DNA of 64,000 nt from Utricularia gibba (taxonomy: Eukaryota > Plantae > Magnoliophyta), in assembly GCA_002189035.1 (NCBI GenBank), contig NEEC01000015.1, positions 806,001 through 870,000 on the forward strand. Reading direction: 5' to 3'. Of the stretch, positions 22,066 to 35,764 are shown in pieces (positions within the stretch are counted from its first letter, which is position 1; the number at the start of each line of letters is the position of its first letter). Under the pieces are notes generated by a model that saw only the letters and a list, made by a program, of their open reading frames with translations, was not told the DNA's origin and did not search any database. The translations under genes were made by a program, and so were the position numbers.

Positions 22066-23705
22066 ATGATGATGATGAACGACGACGCCGTTTTGATCGA
22101 CAAGGGGAAGAATCCCGGCGACCCCCACGTCATCACCGTGAATTGCCCCGATAAAACGGGACTGGGCTGTGATATCTGTCACACTATCCTCGATTTCGGC
22201 CTCTACATCACCAAAGGAGGTCCTGATTTTTGCTTTCCCGCTGCTCTCGCTTTCTTTTGTTCCTGATTTTGCTCTTCTCGACTCCCTGTTCCAGATGTTT
22301 CCACAGATGGGAAGTGGTGTTACGTGGTTTTCTGGGTGGTTCCTTCACCTGGGTCTCATGTCATGTGGGTGAATCTGAGAGACAGATTGCTGTCCATCTG
22401 CCCACCATCGCTACCGCAGTTCTATGCTCCGAACCCTTGCGCCCCTTCTTCCCCTGTTTACCTCCTCAAGTTCCGTAGCCTCGATAGAAAGGGATTGCTA
22501 CACGGTGATTATGATGCCCTTTTAACCAATTCTCTGTTTCTGCTTCGCGCTCTCATTCCGAGCTTTTGCATCCAGATGTCACACGCGTCCTCCACGAGCT
22601 CGAGCTTGGGATTCAGAGAGTTAAAGTGAGCACAACCCCAGATGGGTGCGTCCTCGATCTCTTCTTCATAAGGGATAATCTGTAAGTTGTTCCACTTGAT
22701 ATTCAGTTCACTAAGTTCGAGACCCATTTTGATGATGATGGGGTCGAATCTCAGGTCGCTGCTGCATTTGAGCTCTAGACAAGAGGAGACATGTGAGAAG
22801 CTGCGGAGTGTGCTCGGAGACTCCATCATAGGGTGTGAAATTCAGTTACCAAGTTCTCAATATGAGAGTCTTCAGAGCACAAGTGCTTGTCTGTCTCCTG
22901 GAACTGCTGAAGAAATGTTCAGATCCACCTTGTTGGAGAGGGATACCAGATTACAGGAACTCAGCACGGATGTGACGGAGTTGAAACGAGCCAGTGTAAA
23001 AATCGACAATACCCTGAGCCCTGCCCACACATTGCTCCAGATCAGCTGCGTGGATCACAAGGGGTTTCTCTATGATATCATGCGAACACTGAAAGATCAT
23101 AGCATTCAGGTAGCAGTTCACCTCCTAGTCCCATGACCAAAAAGGCAGCCATTGTGATTTTCTTCAAGGTTTCTTTCTTGTTTTCTGGCCTTAGATATCA
23201 TACGGGCGGTTTTCACCAGTGAGAAATGGCCACAGAGAATTGGATCTATTCATCCAACAAGACGGGAAGAAGATAGTAGACCCTGAGAAGCAAGCTGGTC
23301 TCTGCTCACGTTTGAAGCTGGAACTGCTGCATCCACTTCGAGTACTCATCACGAGCCGTGGTCCGGACACTGAGCTCTTGGTAGCTAACCCAGTGGAGCT
23401 GTCGGGAAGAGGAAGACCCCGAGTGTTCTATGACGTCACCTTCGCTCTGAAAACCCTGGGGATCTGCATATTCCTGGTAAATTTTCAACCATGCACACAT
23501 AAGATTCAACTCAAACTTGCGAACAGAGGTTAAGTGTATGTGGGTTGTGATGTTTAACGTCAAACAGGCGGAGATCGGGCGGCATTTAGCTGCAGGACGT
23601 GAATGGGAGGTGTACAGGTTTCTCCTGGATGACAACTGCAGCCCCAGGTCTCCGTCGAGCAAGTTGATTGTGGACAAAGTTAGGAGAGCACTGATGGGCT
23701 GGTGA
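22066..23705 (+). CDS. ACR9: ACT domain repeat protein (ACR9/ACR10 group), six exons
   Basis: VITVNCPDKTGLGCDIC, DVSTDGKWCYVVFW, LDRKGLLHDVT, VDHKGFLYDIMRTLKD, ANPVELSGRGRPRVFYDVT, C-terminus VRRALMGW. Confidence 0.88.
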
Positions 23706-24651
23706 CTGTATATTAGGGTGGTTTCTCCGGTGTTAACTGCAGAAATAAAATGTCATGATTCCGCTCTTGTCTTCCTGCGGCGTAAATACGCAGCACAGTC
23801 CCCGATAAAGGTCACTATTCCACGGAACTTAAATGAATCAGGAGCCGGTTAGTTCATAGGATAACCGAGGTATATCAAAACATCCATCTCCTCTGGTTCT
23901 GAAGAATATCCTAGCAACAGCCAGCCAACATCTTGTCACCCTGAACAAACCGAGTTTCCGCATTCTAACAGGGGATATATTGGATACTATGTGTTGGCAT
24001 GGGCTGGCATACATTTAACCAGAATCCCGGTTACCAACAATTCGGCTAAAATATGCATCACATTAAACAATGCAGCAGCCATAATTTTTCTGAAGGAATT
24101 ATACCATTCAGAAAAAATCCTCCGAACGCAGAATTTCTCTACGACAGGAGCACAGAAGAGCTGAAAAACATGATGATACCAACTCCTGAATATGGAAGCT
24201 CATTCGTACAGGAAGGGTCATTCCACAAAACAGGAGCCTGCCTTGTAAATAGGTCAACCAGGTCAGCTGAGGAGATAATAAAGATAGCCACAATGGTAAA
24301 ATGTTCACCAAGACGACTGCAGTAACACAGAATGCTTAGACCATCTCAATACCGCTGCCCTAGAAGGGTATCCCACGACAACCCTTCAGATCCAAGGACG
24401 AGGGAGTGGCAGTAGATTCGTAGAATACAACTTTTCAGGAAAAAGATGTTCAAAATCTACAACACATCACGGGTAGAAATCCAAATGGAAGATAAAGCTG
24501 CCTAGACAACCACATTTCTTGGGCCAGAATTCAACTCCTTCACAATAATGCTCCTTGTAAACCGATTAACAAGGTCAAAGCAATTTGAACTTGGTAGATG
24601 AAGATAGCAATCAGAATCAGTAGGCTTACACACTTCCCAGACTGGAATTAG

Positions 24652-26009
24652 CTAAGACTGCATTGCATCTGCATGATACTTCTCCAAGTCCGCGTCCAGA
24701 TCATCAGCAGACACCTTCTCACCACGGGCCCTTCCCCGTCCACGGCCCCTTCCAGACCCACGACCACGGCCACGTCCACCACTAAACGCTCGGGGAAAAC
24801 CAGCTGTAGCTTGGCCACTGTTAGAACAGCATGCATCGTTAGATGTTACAGTAAACAGAAAGCTAAATATATAACATGAAATGCTAACCACAAAAATGTA
24901 ATATCTACTAAGCCAAATTCCAAGCACAGTGGCACAAACCTTTTACATTACAAGATCAGACAGAATGTATCCGAAACGCATACCTAGGAGTAGCATAAGT
25001 GGGATTTGAAAAGGCCCCCAAAGGCAGAGCAGCAGCAGCAGCAGGGGTTGGCATGTTTGTTCCAACAAGCTCTAGTTGCATTGGCTTCCCATCAAGCTGA
25101 ACGTTGTTATACTTTTTTATAGCTGCCACTGCATCTTGTCGTCGTGAGAACACTACTTCAGCTGTGCCCTAGATAAAAAGCTTTTCTTCTAAACCACGCA
25201 GAAAACAAGCTTCACAACCAACAGCTAACACTAGGTCAATTCGTGAACACTACCTTCGATCGACCACTTCTATCATAATTCACAGAATATCTTTTCAGAT
25301 CACCGACCTCCGCAAACAATTCCTGTAATTCCAGATACAGAAAGATCCCAACGAGGCTCAGCCACATAAATGAACAAATTATCTTAACATGTAAACAAAC
25401 TAAAAGGCGGTAACACAAATAAAAGGCAAAGCCATCAGCTGCAGCCACAGAGTTGCATAATTATACACAAAAAAACTTCAGTCTAATACCACAGTTAATC
25501 GACTTATTAAGCAATAACATGTAACCACGGAAGTTCCTACAAACGGAACCGGAGGATGCTGAATATTTAATAGAATCTACGCGCAGGAAAACTTCCATAA
25601 AAATGACAGAATAGCGACAACGGTTTTAATCTATACCTTAATGTCTTCATTGGATACCCCGTAATCCAAATTAGAGATGTAGAGCTTTGTCCCTGTCTCG
25701 ATATTAGAAGATCGCCCTCCGGCTTGAAACATGTCATGACCCCAATTTGATTCAGGAGCCTACGAAAGAACCAAAAAGCTAAATATGGTAAATTTCGCCC
25801 AAAACTCACCTTCTAGTAAAACCATTGAAAGAAACAAGAACTCACCTTTGCAACGGCATAAGGACCAGCACGATTAGCGACTCTAGCATTTTGGCGGCGG
25901 ACAGGACCAGCACCCGCACCCCACCGCCACGACCTCCGCCTCTAGAACCGGATTTTTTGTTGCTTTTGATGAGATCATCGAGAGTCATGTCTAACGCAGC
26001 ACCCGACAT
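24652..26009 (-). CDS. ALY: ALY/REF mRNA export adaptor (THO complex subunit 4); apparent 1-nt deletion in exon 1
   Basis: N-terminal MSGAALDMTLDDLIK, RRM GTKLYISNLDYGVSNEDIKELF...GTAEVVF...YNNVQLDGKPM, RGG repeats and C-terminal SADDLDADLEKYH. Exon 1 (26009-25846) is 164 nt but needs 165. Confidence 0.88.
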
Positions 26010-27756
26010 CGTCTTCTTAGCAGCGAATCTCGACGGCGATTTCGGAGACAGTCTGGAGAATCCAACTCACCCAAAAATTAGGGTTTCCAAAGGATGCTTT
26101 CACAAATAACGCGTGAGGAGAACGCGATCGGTTTTGAATCCAGTATTTACGTCTTGTCTAGGGCTATCGGGCTGGCCTTCTGTCATGTTTACATAATCAG
26201 TCCTCCAGGACTTCACATATTATAATTCAACCCACAAAGTTTACAAACAACACTTTCCCTCCCTATGATTTTAAAAAATTGCTTCACCGCACCAGTAGGC
26301 GATACGTTTACGTTTCCGTAGTCGACAGCGTTGGGCGCACCCGAACCCCAACCCCACCACAGCCCCCCAATTATGCACATGGGCTGGTTTAAATTAATTA
26401 TTTTAAAAGTACATTCGTCCAATAAATTATAAATTTCTATTTTTTAAAAAATATAAATCACTCCTATTTAATAACAAAAAAGTTTTTACAATACTTTTCC
26501 AAAAAAAGAAATTATTTCACACAAAATTTAATATCAATTTAAATTTTTAATTAATGATTTAAATCTCACAAATTTTGATATTGAATTCTTTTTCAAGTCT
26601 TAATTTTTTAAAACAATTTTTATTTTTTTAAAAATAATGATGACCACCATGAGATGAGATGAGCTACAAGTATCAATTGGTGTGAATGGAGCCATCATCA
26701 ATGAGCTCCATTTAATCATTGCATATAACAAAGTCCTTCATCTACTATTCACATTGATTGATTCAACATTGTAGGCTCCTATGTATTTTAATACGTCATT
26801 AATATTGATTACTTTGGTTCCAATTGTACTTAATCTTGGTGGAGTAGGGTATTAGAATATATAAAAAATTATAAATCAATATTAATCGATTGAATATAAT
26901 TTTTTGTAATGTAATTTATGTTTTTTTATATTCTTAAATTTTATATGTATTTATTTAATCTATTGAATTTTCAATTTAAACAAAGAGCGATTAAGAGGAT
27001 TTTGGCATCTAGAAAATCCGAAAAGAAAACTATAATTTTCAATCCTTGTTTGAAAGAGTTGAAATTTTTTTTTATTTTTTTGAGATATAAATATAGAGAT
27101 ATCCTTTTTAAAAATTGAATTTATTTCCTTTGGTGATAGGAATTAGGAGGGCCCACCAATAGATGAAGCCGATGTCGGAGTTGGGAAACTAACCAGGGTT
27201 AAGCCGAAACGCCTTGCAAAAGGCGCGACTAGGAAACCGGATCGGAGTCGGCGAGTTACCAAAATTACTTGCCGTTTTCAGTGGCTGCTCTGACTCTCTG
27301 TCATTGGGAAAGGAGAGAGACATGGACCCCGACCAGTACCACCTCTCAGCTTGCGCTAATCTGGCTAAGCTTTTCGGGTTTTCCCGTTGACTGCAGGTTG
27401 TTGCTCACGCTTTTCTCTTAGGAATTTTACATTTGCTTGCTTAATCTCGGATTCCGCCTGGTTGATTGTTGTTGTTGTTGTTGTTGTTTTCTGGTTTTGA
27501 TTTGGTTTTTGTAAGCGTTTTGTTATCTGAGTTGTGCGGTTTGCGTTCCTTGTGTTTTGGGAACTTGGTCTGGCGGTTTGGTAAGGAGGCTCTGGAATTA
27601 TGGAGGTTTACTCCGTTTGACTCTTTTTCTCGTTCTTTTTTTTTCTTCTAGTTTTTCTCCTGAATTGGGGCTTGCCTGTGGTGTACAGCATCCGGGTGAG
27701 TGTTTGGAGATTTGTTGAGGATTGAAACGGATAGTTAGCTGGTCTCGTGCACCAGG

Positions 27757-30059
27757 ATGAGCTCCAAATCGTCACCGGCATCTTCTTTTGGGCCCGATTG
27801 TGGCAGCAGCTTGAACTCTCACTACGTCAATGATCGGATAATGGAGGATGATCGAGTCGCCTTATCGCTCAGTCTAATCGATTTGGTGGGTGAAATATCT
27901 GCAATATCTGGGTATAGAAGCAGCGTCAAGAAGCAATATACGAATCTGGCTAGACGACTGAAGCTTCTGACGCCAATGTTTGAGGAAATTCGGGACAGCA
28001 AGGACCCTTTACCTGAAGAGACCATGAGAGCGTTGAGTTCCTTGCTGAGCGCTCTTGTGATGGCCAAGGACCTACTGCGCTTTGGCAGTGAAGGGAGCAA
28101 GATTTATTTGGTACGACTGAGTCTCACTGTTAAGCATAACCAAATTTTTTACTGCTGCTGTTGCCTCATTTCTGGTACTTGCAGATCTTGGAGAGAGATC
28201 AAGTTATAGTTAAATTCCAAGAAGTTACTAATGAATTAGAGAAAGCTCTTTGCAGCGTTTCCCTTGAGAAGCTTGACATATCAGATGAGGTGAAGGAGCA
28301 GGTAAATTTTACTTGATTTTCACTCCTGAAATGCAGTCTCTTCTAGTTTCGATACAGTTACTATTTTTATTCATGTATCATCTGAGAACCATATTTACTT
28401 TCCCAGGTAGAACTCGTGCTTGCTCAGTTTCGAAGAGCCAAGGGAAGAGTTGATGCTCCGGATGTAGAGCTGTCTGAAGATCTTTTGTCTCTTTATAACA
28501 ACAATGCTGATGCTGATGACGAACTTGATGTATTGAGAAGGTGTGTGGATAAGCTACAGCTCTCCGGAGTAGCTGACTTAACTCAAGAATCATTAGCCCT
28601 ACATGAAATGGTTGCGGCAACTGATGGGGATCCAGAGGAGCGGCTGGAAAAGATGTCAATGCTGCTTAAGAAAATCAAGGATTTTGTGCAGATAATGAGT
28701 CCAAACATCAATTCAGTTGAAGAAGAGAAGCTGGCCCCTGGAAGTACAGGTGACAAAACGTTGAAGAACCAGAAAAGTCTTAACGTACCAGATGATTTTC
28801 GGTGTCCTATTTCATTAGAGCTTATGAGGGATCCAGTCATCATCTCAACCGGACAGGTGAGGATGCGTAGTTTCTTTTGCTGTCTTAAGCTATTCTGGAT
28901 TCTTAATCGTGGATCTTTTCTGATGGTTTCCATTAAAATCGGATTGTTTCGTGTTCAGACATATGAAAGGTCAAGCATTGAGAAATGGCTGGAAGCAGGG
29001 CATAGGACCTGCCCCAAGACACAGCTAGCTCTAACCACCAGTGAGCTCACACCAAATTATGTTCTCCGAAGCCTTATAGCACAATGGTGTGAGACTATGG
29101 GAATTGAACCTCCAAATAGACCACGATCCGCCCTCACCCAGGCTGACCATGAAATAGAATCTCTTCTCCAGAAGCTCACATCTGACAACCCTGATGATCA
29201 GCGAGCTGCAGCTGGTGAGATCCGCCTTCTCGCCAAACGCAACACAGATAACCGTTTGGCGATTGCTGAAGCTGGTGCGATTCCTCTGCTGGTTCAGCTG
29301 TTGTCAACTCCTGATTCTCGCATTCAAGAGCATGCTGTTACTGCGCTGCTGAATCTCTCAATATGTGAAGATAACAAGGGTGCCATCATATCATCCGGTG
29401 CAGTTCCTGGCATAGTCGAAGTTCTGAAGAAGGGGAGCATGGAAGCTAGAGAAAATGCTGCAGCAACCCTATTCAGCCTCTCAGTTGTGGATGAAAACAA
29501 GATCACAATTGGTTCATCCGGAGCTATCCCACCTCTCGTGGCACTTCTTGAGGAAGGTAGTCAAAGAGGGAAGAAAGATGCTGCAACTGCCCTCTTTAAC
29601 TTGTGCATATACCAAGGTAACAAAGGAAAAGCTGTGCGAGCAGGAGTAATTTCTACTCTCATGAAACTGGTTACTGAACCTCAAGGCAACATGGTAGATG
29701 AAGCATTGGCCATACTGGCAATATTAGTTGGGCACCCGGAAGGAAAGGCTGCCATTGGAGCAGCCGAGGCTGTGCCCATTTTGGTCGATGTCATAGGCAA
29801 TGGCTCTTCAAGGAACAAAGAAAACGCAGCAGCCGTGCTAGTACACCTCTGTTCAGGTGCTCAGCAGCACCTCATCGAGGCTCAAGAACTAGGGGTGGTG
29901 GCTCCTCTGCTTGATTTATCCCAGAATGGGACGGAAAGGGGCAAAAGGAAAGCTGCCCAACTGCTCGAACGGATCAACAGAATTGCAGAAAGCACAGAAA
30001 CCGCCCCAGGCTCAAGCCGGCAGAGTCTGAAATCAGTCCCTGAACCCTCAGTCACCTGA
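27757..30059 (+). CDS. PUB13: U-box/ARM-repeat E3 ubiquitin ligase (PUB13/SPL11-like); exons 27757-28110, 28185-28301, 28407-28856, 28959-30059
   Basis: UND region ([17 protein letters not shown]), U-box [47 protein letters not shown] repeats ([32 protein letters not shown]). Confidence 0.95.
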
Positions 30060-31287
30060 AAAGCACAATTACTTGAACAGATGATCCAAGAGATTTGATG
30101 AAACGACACCCACATTCATCCTGAAGTTGATACACTCTGAAGCCAATTTCAGCACCCTCCTTCAAGGAAACAGCTGAGAGCCAGCAGTCTTGTGTAAGTC
30201 CTCTTTTTACAGCCTTCTTTTTTGAGTGCCATGTGTTGTATGCCTTGGCTTATTGCAGCTGGGTTGGTTGCTGGGGTGAAGGTGGAAGATCACCTCCCCA
30301 TCTCTGCCTGATTTCTTCTTCATTCATGTTTCCCAAATGGCAATTGAGCATATATCCATCCCATTGAGTTCAACACATCTGGTGACATTGAAACCCGCTT
30401 ATCCACCCACCTCTACAGCAACAAGAGCACTTAAAATTATGCATTAAAATATGCATTTTATACATAGATTATCAGAGTACTTGCGCTAATAGTAAATAAT
30501 TTTTATCAATAAAAAATATGAATATCTAGATTTGAATACAATATCAATTGTTCACTGATATTAATTTAATTAATAAAATATATTGATAATTCTTATTTAT
30601 GATAATAAAAATTTGACTTGTCCTAACCTTTCATCAAAGTGCACATATCAAATAAAATTTTAAATACTTTTAATTTTTTATGAAACTATGAGGCATATCA
30701 TGTACAGTAAATATAATTATAAAATAAATAGCGGGATAAAATGGATAATAATATTATAACGGTTGAGTGTTGAGGTGTCCCTAAAGGCGTGAGAAAATAT
30801 CAGGAATTGTTTATTAAATTATTAGTGCTTGCAGATCTCCCAAAGCGGGAACGACGTGCTACTCATTTTCAACATGTGAATATCATGAGTTAAATCAAAT
30901 GAACTGATTGATCGTGTAGTAAAAAAGAAAACCTGAGACCTTGTGCAATGCCCCACGCTTTCAGATTTCGTTTTTCTGCAGCTGTTTTGGATTTGGGCGT
31001 CTGTGCTGAGCTCGGCCATGATCGATATTTTGGGGGGTATAAAGGAAAGCATTAAAGGCTGGTCGTTAAAGGCACGCGCCGGTTCCAAACGTCTGCGTTG
31101 TTCTGCGTGCTTTCATATTACTATGCTCTGCTCTACTCTGCTGTTCTAGTTTTCCTCTCTCCTCATCCCCACACCACGACACGCAAACTCCTCAAGTTCA
31201 ACGGTAGTTGTTGACTTGACGGGGAGGGTTTAGGGGCTGCTGCTGGATTGACGGTTTGTTGGTCGAAAAATTGGATCTTGAGGGGTG

Positions 31288-33120
31288 ATGGGTCAGGGGC
31301 TGAGTTGCGGGAGAACTGAAGGGAAGGGTCTATTTCGCGCTGTTCAGATGGGGGATGTGGAGTTTATTGAACGAGTGGCGAATCGGGATGCATCCCTTGT
31401 TCGTAGTTTCGCATTGAGTGATCGTAACTCGCTTCTGCATATCGCTGCTGCTCATGGCCAGATCGAGGTTGTAACTTTTGAAATTGCTCTGTTTTTTTGT
31501 TTCTGGGTTTTCTTGATCTGTCGGGGGATTCATACTTTTATCGTTACCCGTTCTTAGATTCTTTCCTTTCTTCTGGAGTTATCAGTGCAACCGGATGTGC
31601 CGAATAAGCAAAAGCAGGTAAAAGTACCATCTATAAGGCCATTAACGCCGTATGATTTATGTTTTGAGAGTTGTGGTTAATTTTCTCAGACTCCATTGAT
31701 GTTGGCTGCAATGCACGGCAAGATATCGTGTGTAAAGAAGCTCATTGAGGCTGGTGCCAATGTATGTGTCTGTAGATCTGTATCTCACTCTCCTGTTGGG
31801 TTATCTTAAACTCATTGGTGCTTGCTTTGCATGTTATTCTGTTCTTGGGTAGCAGATTTTACTGTTCGATTCAGTGAATGGAAGAACCTGCTTGCACTAT
31901 TCAGCTTATTATGGCCACGTTGATTGCCTAGACACCATTCTCTCCGTAGCCCGAACCTCTTCAGTTGCAGCTTCGTGGTAACTGTCTACTGTAAGAAGCA
32001 TCCATTTGGTCCAAAGAATGACAGTGATACTGATCTTCTACTGAAAAAACCTCAGGGGATTCTCAAGGTTTGTTAACATTAGAGATAGAAAAGGAGCTAC
32101 TCCATTGCACCTGGCTGCGCGCCGCAGACACCCTCGATGTGTTCATGTGCTGTTGAACAACGAAGCACTTGTCTGTGCTTCAACCGGTGGATACGGGTAT
32201 AGATCTGTTGCAGTAGAACTTGATCCTTCAGTGCTCCCTTTACTGTTGTTGGAGTAGTTTTAACAAGATGCTTGCAGCTTTCCTGGAAGCACGCCACTTC
32301 ACTTAGCTGCAAGAGGAGGCTCTCTTGATTGCATCAGAGAGCTGCTTGCCTGGGGCGCAGACAGGCATCACCGAGATGCATCGGGGTACTTCCATTTACG
32401 CTCGTTGGATCTGAAAACATGAATCTGTATAGGTACTATGATCTGAACTCTCATCTCTGCCATGTTGCATGGTTCAGGAGAATACCATATGCAGTAGCTG
32501 TGAGATACAACCACGACGCATGTGCTGCTTTACTGAATCCTTCCTCAATGGAGCCCCTCGTCTGGCCAACCCCTCTGAAATTCATGCGTGAACTCAGCGA
32601 GGAAGCAAGAGCCCTTCTGGAGCAAGCTCTAATGGAGGCCAACAGGGAAAGGGAGAAAGCCATCTTAAGAGGAACCCCTCTCTCCATCCCATCTCCATCA
32701 CCTTCCGATGATCTGATCAACGATGCTGCGACTGCTATTGCTACATCCCACCTCGATCTCTGCTCAATATGCTTCGATCATCACTGCTCGATCCAGATCC
32801 AAGACTGTGGGCACCAGATGTGTGCGCAGTGCACTCTCGGCTTGTGCTGCCACAGCAAAGCAAGGCCTGCAAATGCTTCCCTCCTTCCTGCTCCTGTTTG
32901 CCCCTTCTGCCGCGGCAGCATCAGCAACCTGCTCATGGTTGCCAGGGTGGAGGAAGAAGGCGAAAGTGCGCACGAAGTGAGCTCCTCCAAGCCGCGAAAA
33001 TCGTGCCGATCAAGCAGCTTCAAGAGCTTATCACTGAGTAAAACGGGCCGTGGCTCAGGCAGAGTCGCCGCCGATGTCCAGCTACTGGATAAGCCTCAGC
33101 CTTTAGGCCCTGATACATAG
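31288..33120 (+). CDS. XBAT31: Ankyrin-repeat RING-HC E3 ligase (XBAT31-like), seven exons
   Basis: MGQGLSC N-terminus, ankyrin motifs TPLMLAAMHG, TCLHYSAYYG, TPLHLAAR, EPLVWPTPLKF, and RING CSICFD...CGHQMCAQC...CPFCR; phases verified. Confidence 0.93.
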
Positions 33121-33552
33121 CAATATACGGACGGAAGATGCATTTTGTCGACGCTGCAACTCTTATAATATAATGGATTAAATTAAAATATTATAAAAAT
33201 AAAATTAATTATTTATTTTTAGAAATGCTATAATTTTTTTAATAAATAAATATGCCTCCACTCCTCGGCCTTCCGTACATCTCTAATATTTTTTTTATTA
33301 TTATTTCTAAATTTTGAATTATTTATGATTAACATTTTTTATTTCGGAATAAATAGTAGAATCCGAATTTTCTAATTATATGAGAAATAATATAATATAA
33401 AAATAATATATAAAGTTTCATACCCACTTGAAATTTAGAATTTATAAATATATACGACAAATATTATATCTAATACCATGTAATAACTAATAATCAATAC
33501 ACAGAAAACATTGATAATATATGCACATTGTTGTGGCAATCTATATTCTATT

Positions 33553-33722
33553 AATATTTAGACCCAAGCTATTAGGGCCGAAGCCCCAATCGGCCCTAAG
33601 GGCTTAAAGCTTCGGGCCAGAAAGCCCGATAATTTTTCGGGTCATTAATATTTAGACCCAAGCTTTTTTTTTAGGGTCAGGCCGAGCCGGCCCACGGGCT
33701 TGGACTTTAACTTTCATCCCTA
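33553..33722. mobile_element. 5'-truncated hAT (Ac/Ds-type) MITE
   Basis: Ends with an exact CTTTCATCCCTA TIR; GGGCC/GGCCC-rich interior like the two copies nearby; TTCTATTAAT direct repeat on both flanks. Confidence 0.7.
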
Positions 33723-34164
33723 GTTCTATTAATTATAAAAGTATCAATAAAAGCGTTACAATAATATTTGGTCGTCATTGAGTTGAGCATGGATCAGGCC
33801 CATTTATAATTGGATCTGACGTTGAAATTTGGGTTTGCATATGGCCAGGCCCATTCTTCAAGATGTCTATCAGGCGAGTTGGGCCTTTGAATTTAACTGG
33901 ACATTGGATTTGTGTGGCGCCGCACCCAACAGATGGCATTGTGGATTTTAATTTTAAAGTGGGTCTTAAAGTGGGTTAGGCCAGCCTGACCCGAAATTGG
34001 ATTTGCATCTGCTATGGGAACGATTAATGTAGTTTACAATAAAACACGTTCAGTTCATTGTTTGATTTAATTTTGGGTTTGGATTCAATAATTTTTATAA
34101 AAATAACAATAATTTATATATATTATTAAAATAAAACACAAAAACAAGTATGTGTACCAACAAG

Positions 34165-34760
34165 TGCCGAAGCCTACATACAAAAAAACTTTTTGATTTT
34201 ACTACCCACACACGGACGGGTGGGTGTACTTCTTTTAATCGCGATTTCTATAACATATTCGGTGTGGCGACATCGAGTTGTAACTGCCCCACGGCAGAAA
34301 GGGCATCGTGAGATTCGTTGGGACCACGCCTGGCAGACATGGCCCTCGCCGCACTTCAAAAAAAAAAGAAAATGTTAATTCATATTTATATAAAATAAAA
34401 CTTAAATTTCTTACTGAAAAGATGGGCCCCCTCATCGGGCCCTCAAAACAGATCGGACAACTCAATATCTCGCCCGGTACTGTATAAATATCTTTTGTCG
34501 ACATTTTGTGATGCAATGTTTAATTTCACCCCACCCTCTTATATAGTGTTGAGAAGCAAAATTTATATAATGAAAAGTTTATATTTTTTGAACAATATTA
34601 CACTTTAATCATGCACATTACAAAACTCATAACATTGCGCTATTAATTCTAAAAAAAATTATAATATGTATTTTGCAATGAAATTTTAATTCGGTGTATA
34701 ACAAAATTCACTGTGTATTGTAACTAATTCTGAAAAAAATTGTAATATGTTATTTTACAT
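34165..34760. repeat. Dispersed repeat, unclassified DNA-transposon-like (copy A; related copy at ~38010-38520, degenerate relative at ~35770-36060)
   Basis: Shared blocks such as GATGG(G/C)CCCCCTCAT, TTTTGTGATGCAA, CTTATATAGTGTTGAG and ATATTACACTTTAATCATGC.CATTACAAAACTCATAACATTGC occur at both loci. Confidence 0.75.
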
Positions 34761-34846
34761 GTCATTTTTTACATAATAAAAATCTTGCACACCCCAAAAA
34801 GGCAACTTAAAAAATCAGGGAGATAGAAATAAATCTTACGTACCAC

Positions 34847-35179
34847 AAAGGATGAAAGTTGGGTCGGGCTGGGTCAGCCCAACTCTAACCCAAAGGGTTC
34901 CTGCTAAATTTCGGGCTAAGGCCATATTGAAGCACGATTACATATAATCATAATTAATATGTTTCTAGCCCAATTATTTTTTTGGCCCGACTAATCCAAA
35001 AAAATTATCCATCGTGCCCTAGACCCATCGGGCTTTTAAGCCCTAAACTCAACCAGCCCTAAGGCATTGGGGCCAAAAGCTCGATTAAATTTCAAATCGT
35101 CAACATATAAGCCCAATGTTGATATTTTCTAATGCCGTGCCGGGCCGGCCCACTCTTTAGGTTTACATTTTCATTCCTA
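34847..35179. mobile_element. hAT (Ac/Ds-type) MITE, 333 bp
   Basis: Degenerate TIRs AAAGGATGAAAG / TTTTCATTCCTA; 8-bp TSD CGTACCAC / CGTAGCAT (6/8 match). Confidence 0.75.
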
Positions 35180-35206
35180 CGTAGCATCAATTAACCTTGT
35201 ATTACG

Positions 35207-35764
35207 TAGAGATGAAAGTTGGGCCGGGCCGGGCTGGGCCGACCCTATTTTAGAGGGGTCTCGCCAAGTTTCGGGTTTAGGTTGGGCTTAAGTCCAATTA
35301 CATAAAAATATGATTAATATGATCCTAATCTGATTATTCATTAAATTGGATTGTCTCTACTTGACCCATGGATCTACCATATAATAAATACAATTTTTTT
35401 AAAAATTAATAAACATTAATACACATTTTAATATTATTTAAATAATTTATAGAAAAAAAATAAAATTATTATATAAATTATTAATTCATATTATTTATCC
35501 TAAAAATAAAATATTGTATATAAAATGAATTTAAATTATTCAAAATAAAAAAAATAATTATAATTATCATACATAAAACTTTATTTTTAAATTGGTACTA
35601 GGTCCATAGAACTTTTAGACCCGAAGCTCAATCGGTCCTAAGGACTTAGAGTTTCGGGCCAAAAAATCCAGTCTTTCGGATCATCAATGTATAGGCTCAA
35701 ATGCGATGTATTTTATGGCCGGATTGGGCTGGCCCACTTGCTTGGGCTTGAACTTTCTTCCCTA
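35207..35764. mobile_element. hAT (Ac/Ds-type) MITE, 558 bp
   Basis: TIRs TAGAGATGAAAG / CTTTCTTCCCTA resemble the Ac TIR TAGGGATGAAA; 8-bp TSD GTATTACG / GTATTAGG (7/8 match); subterminal GGGCC(G) repeats. Confidence 0.85.

Noticed and set aside
23760-24640. ORFs and exon-like segments between ACR9 and ALY
   Set aside because: No recognisable homology; best explained as 3' UTR or alternative 3' exons of the two convergent genes.
26385-27128. Possible MULE-like TIR pair in the ALY-PUB13 intergenic region
   Set aside because: The similarity is limited to AT-rich sequence and no TSD was found.
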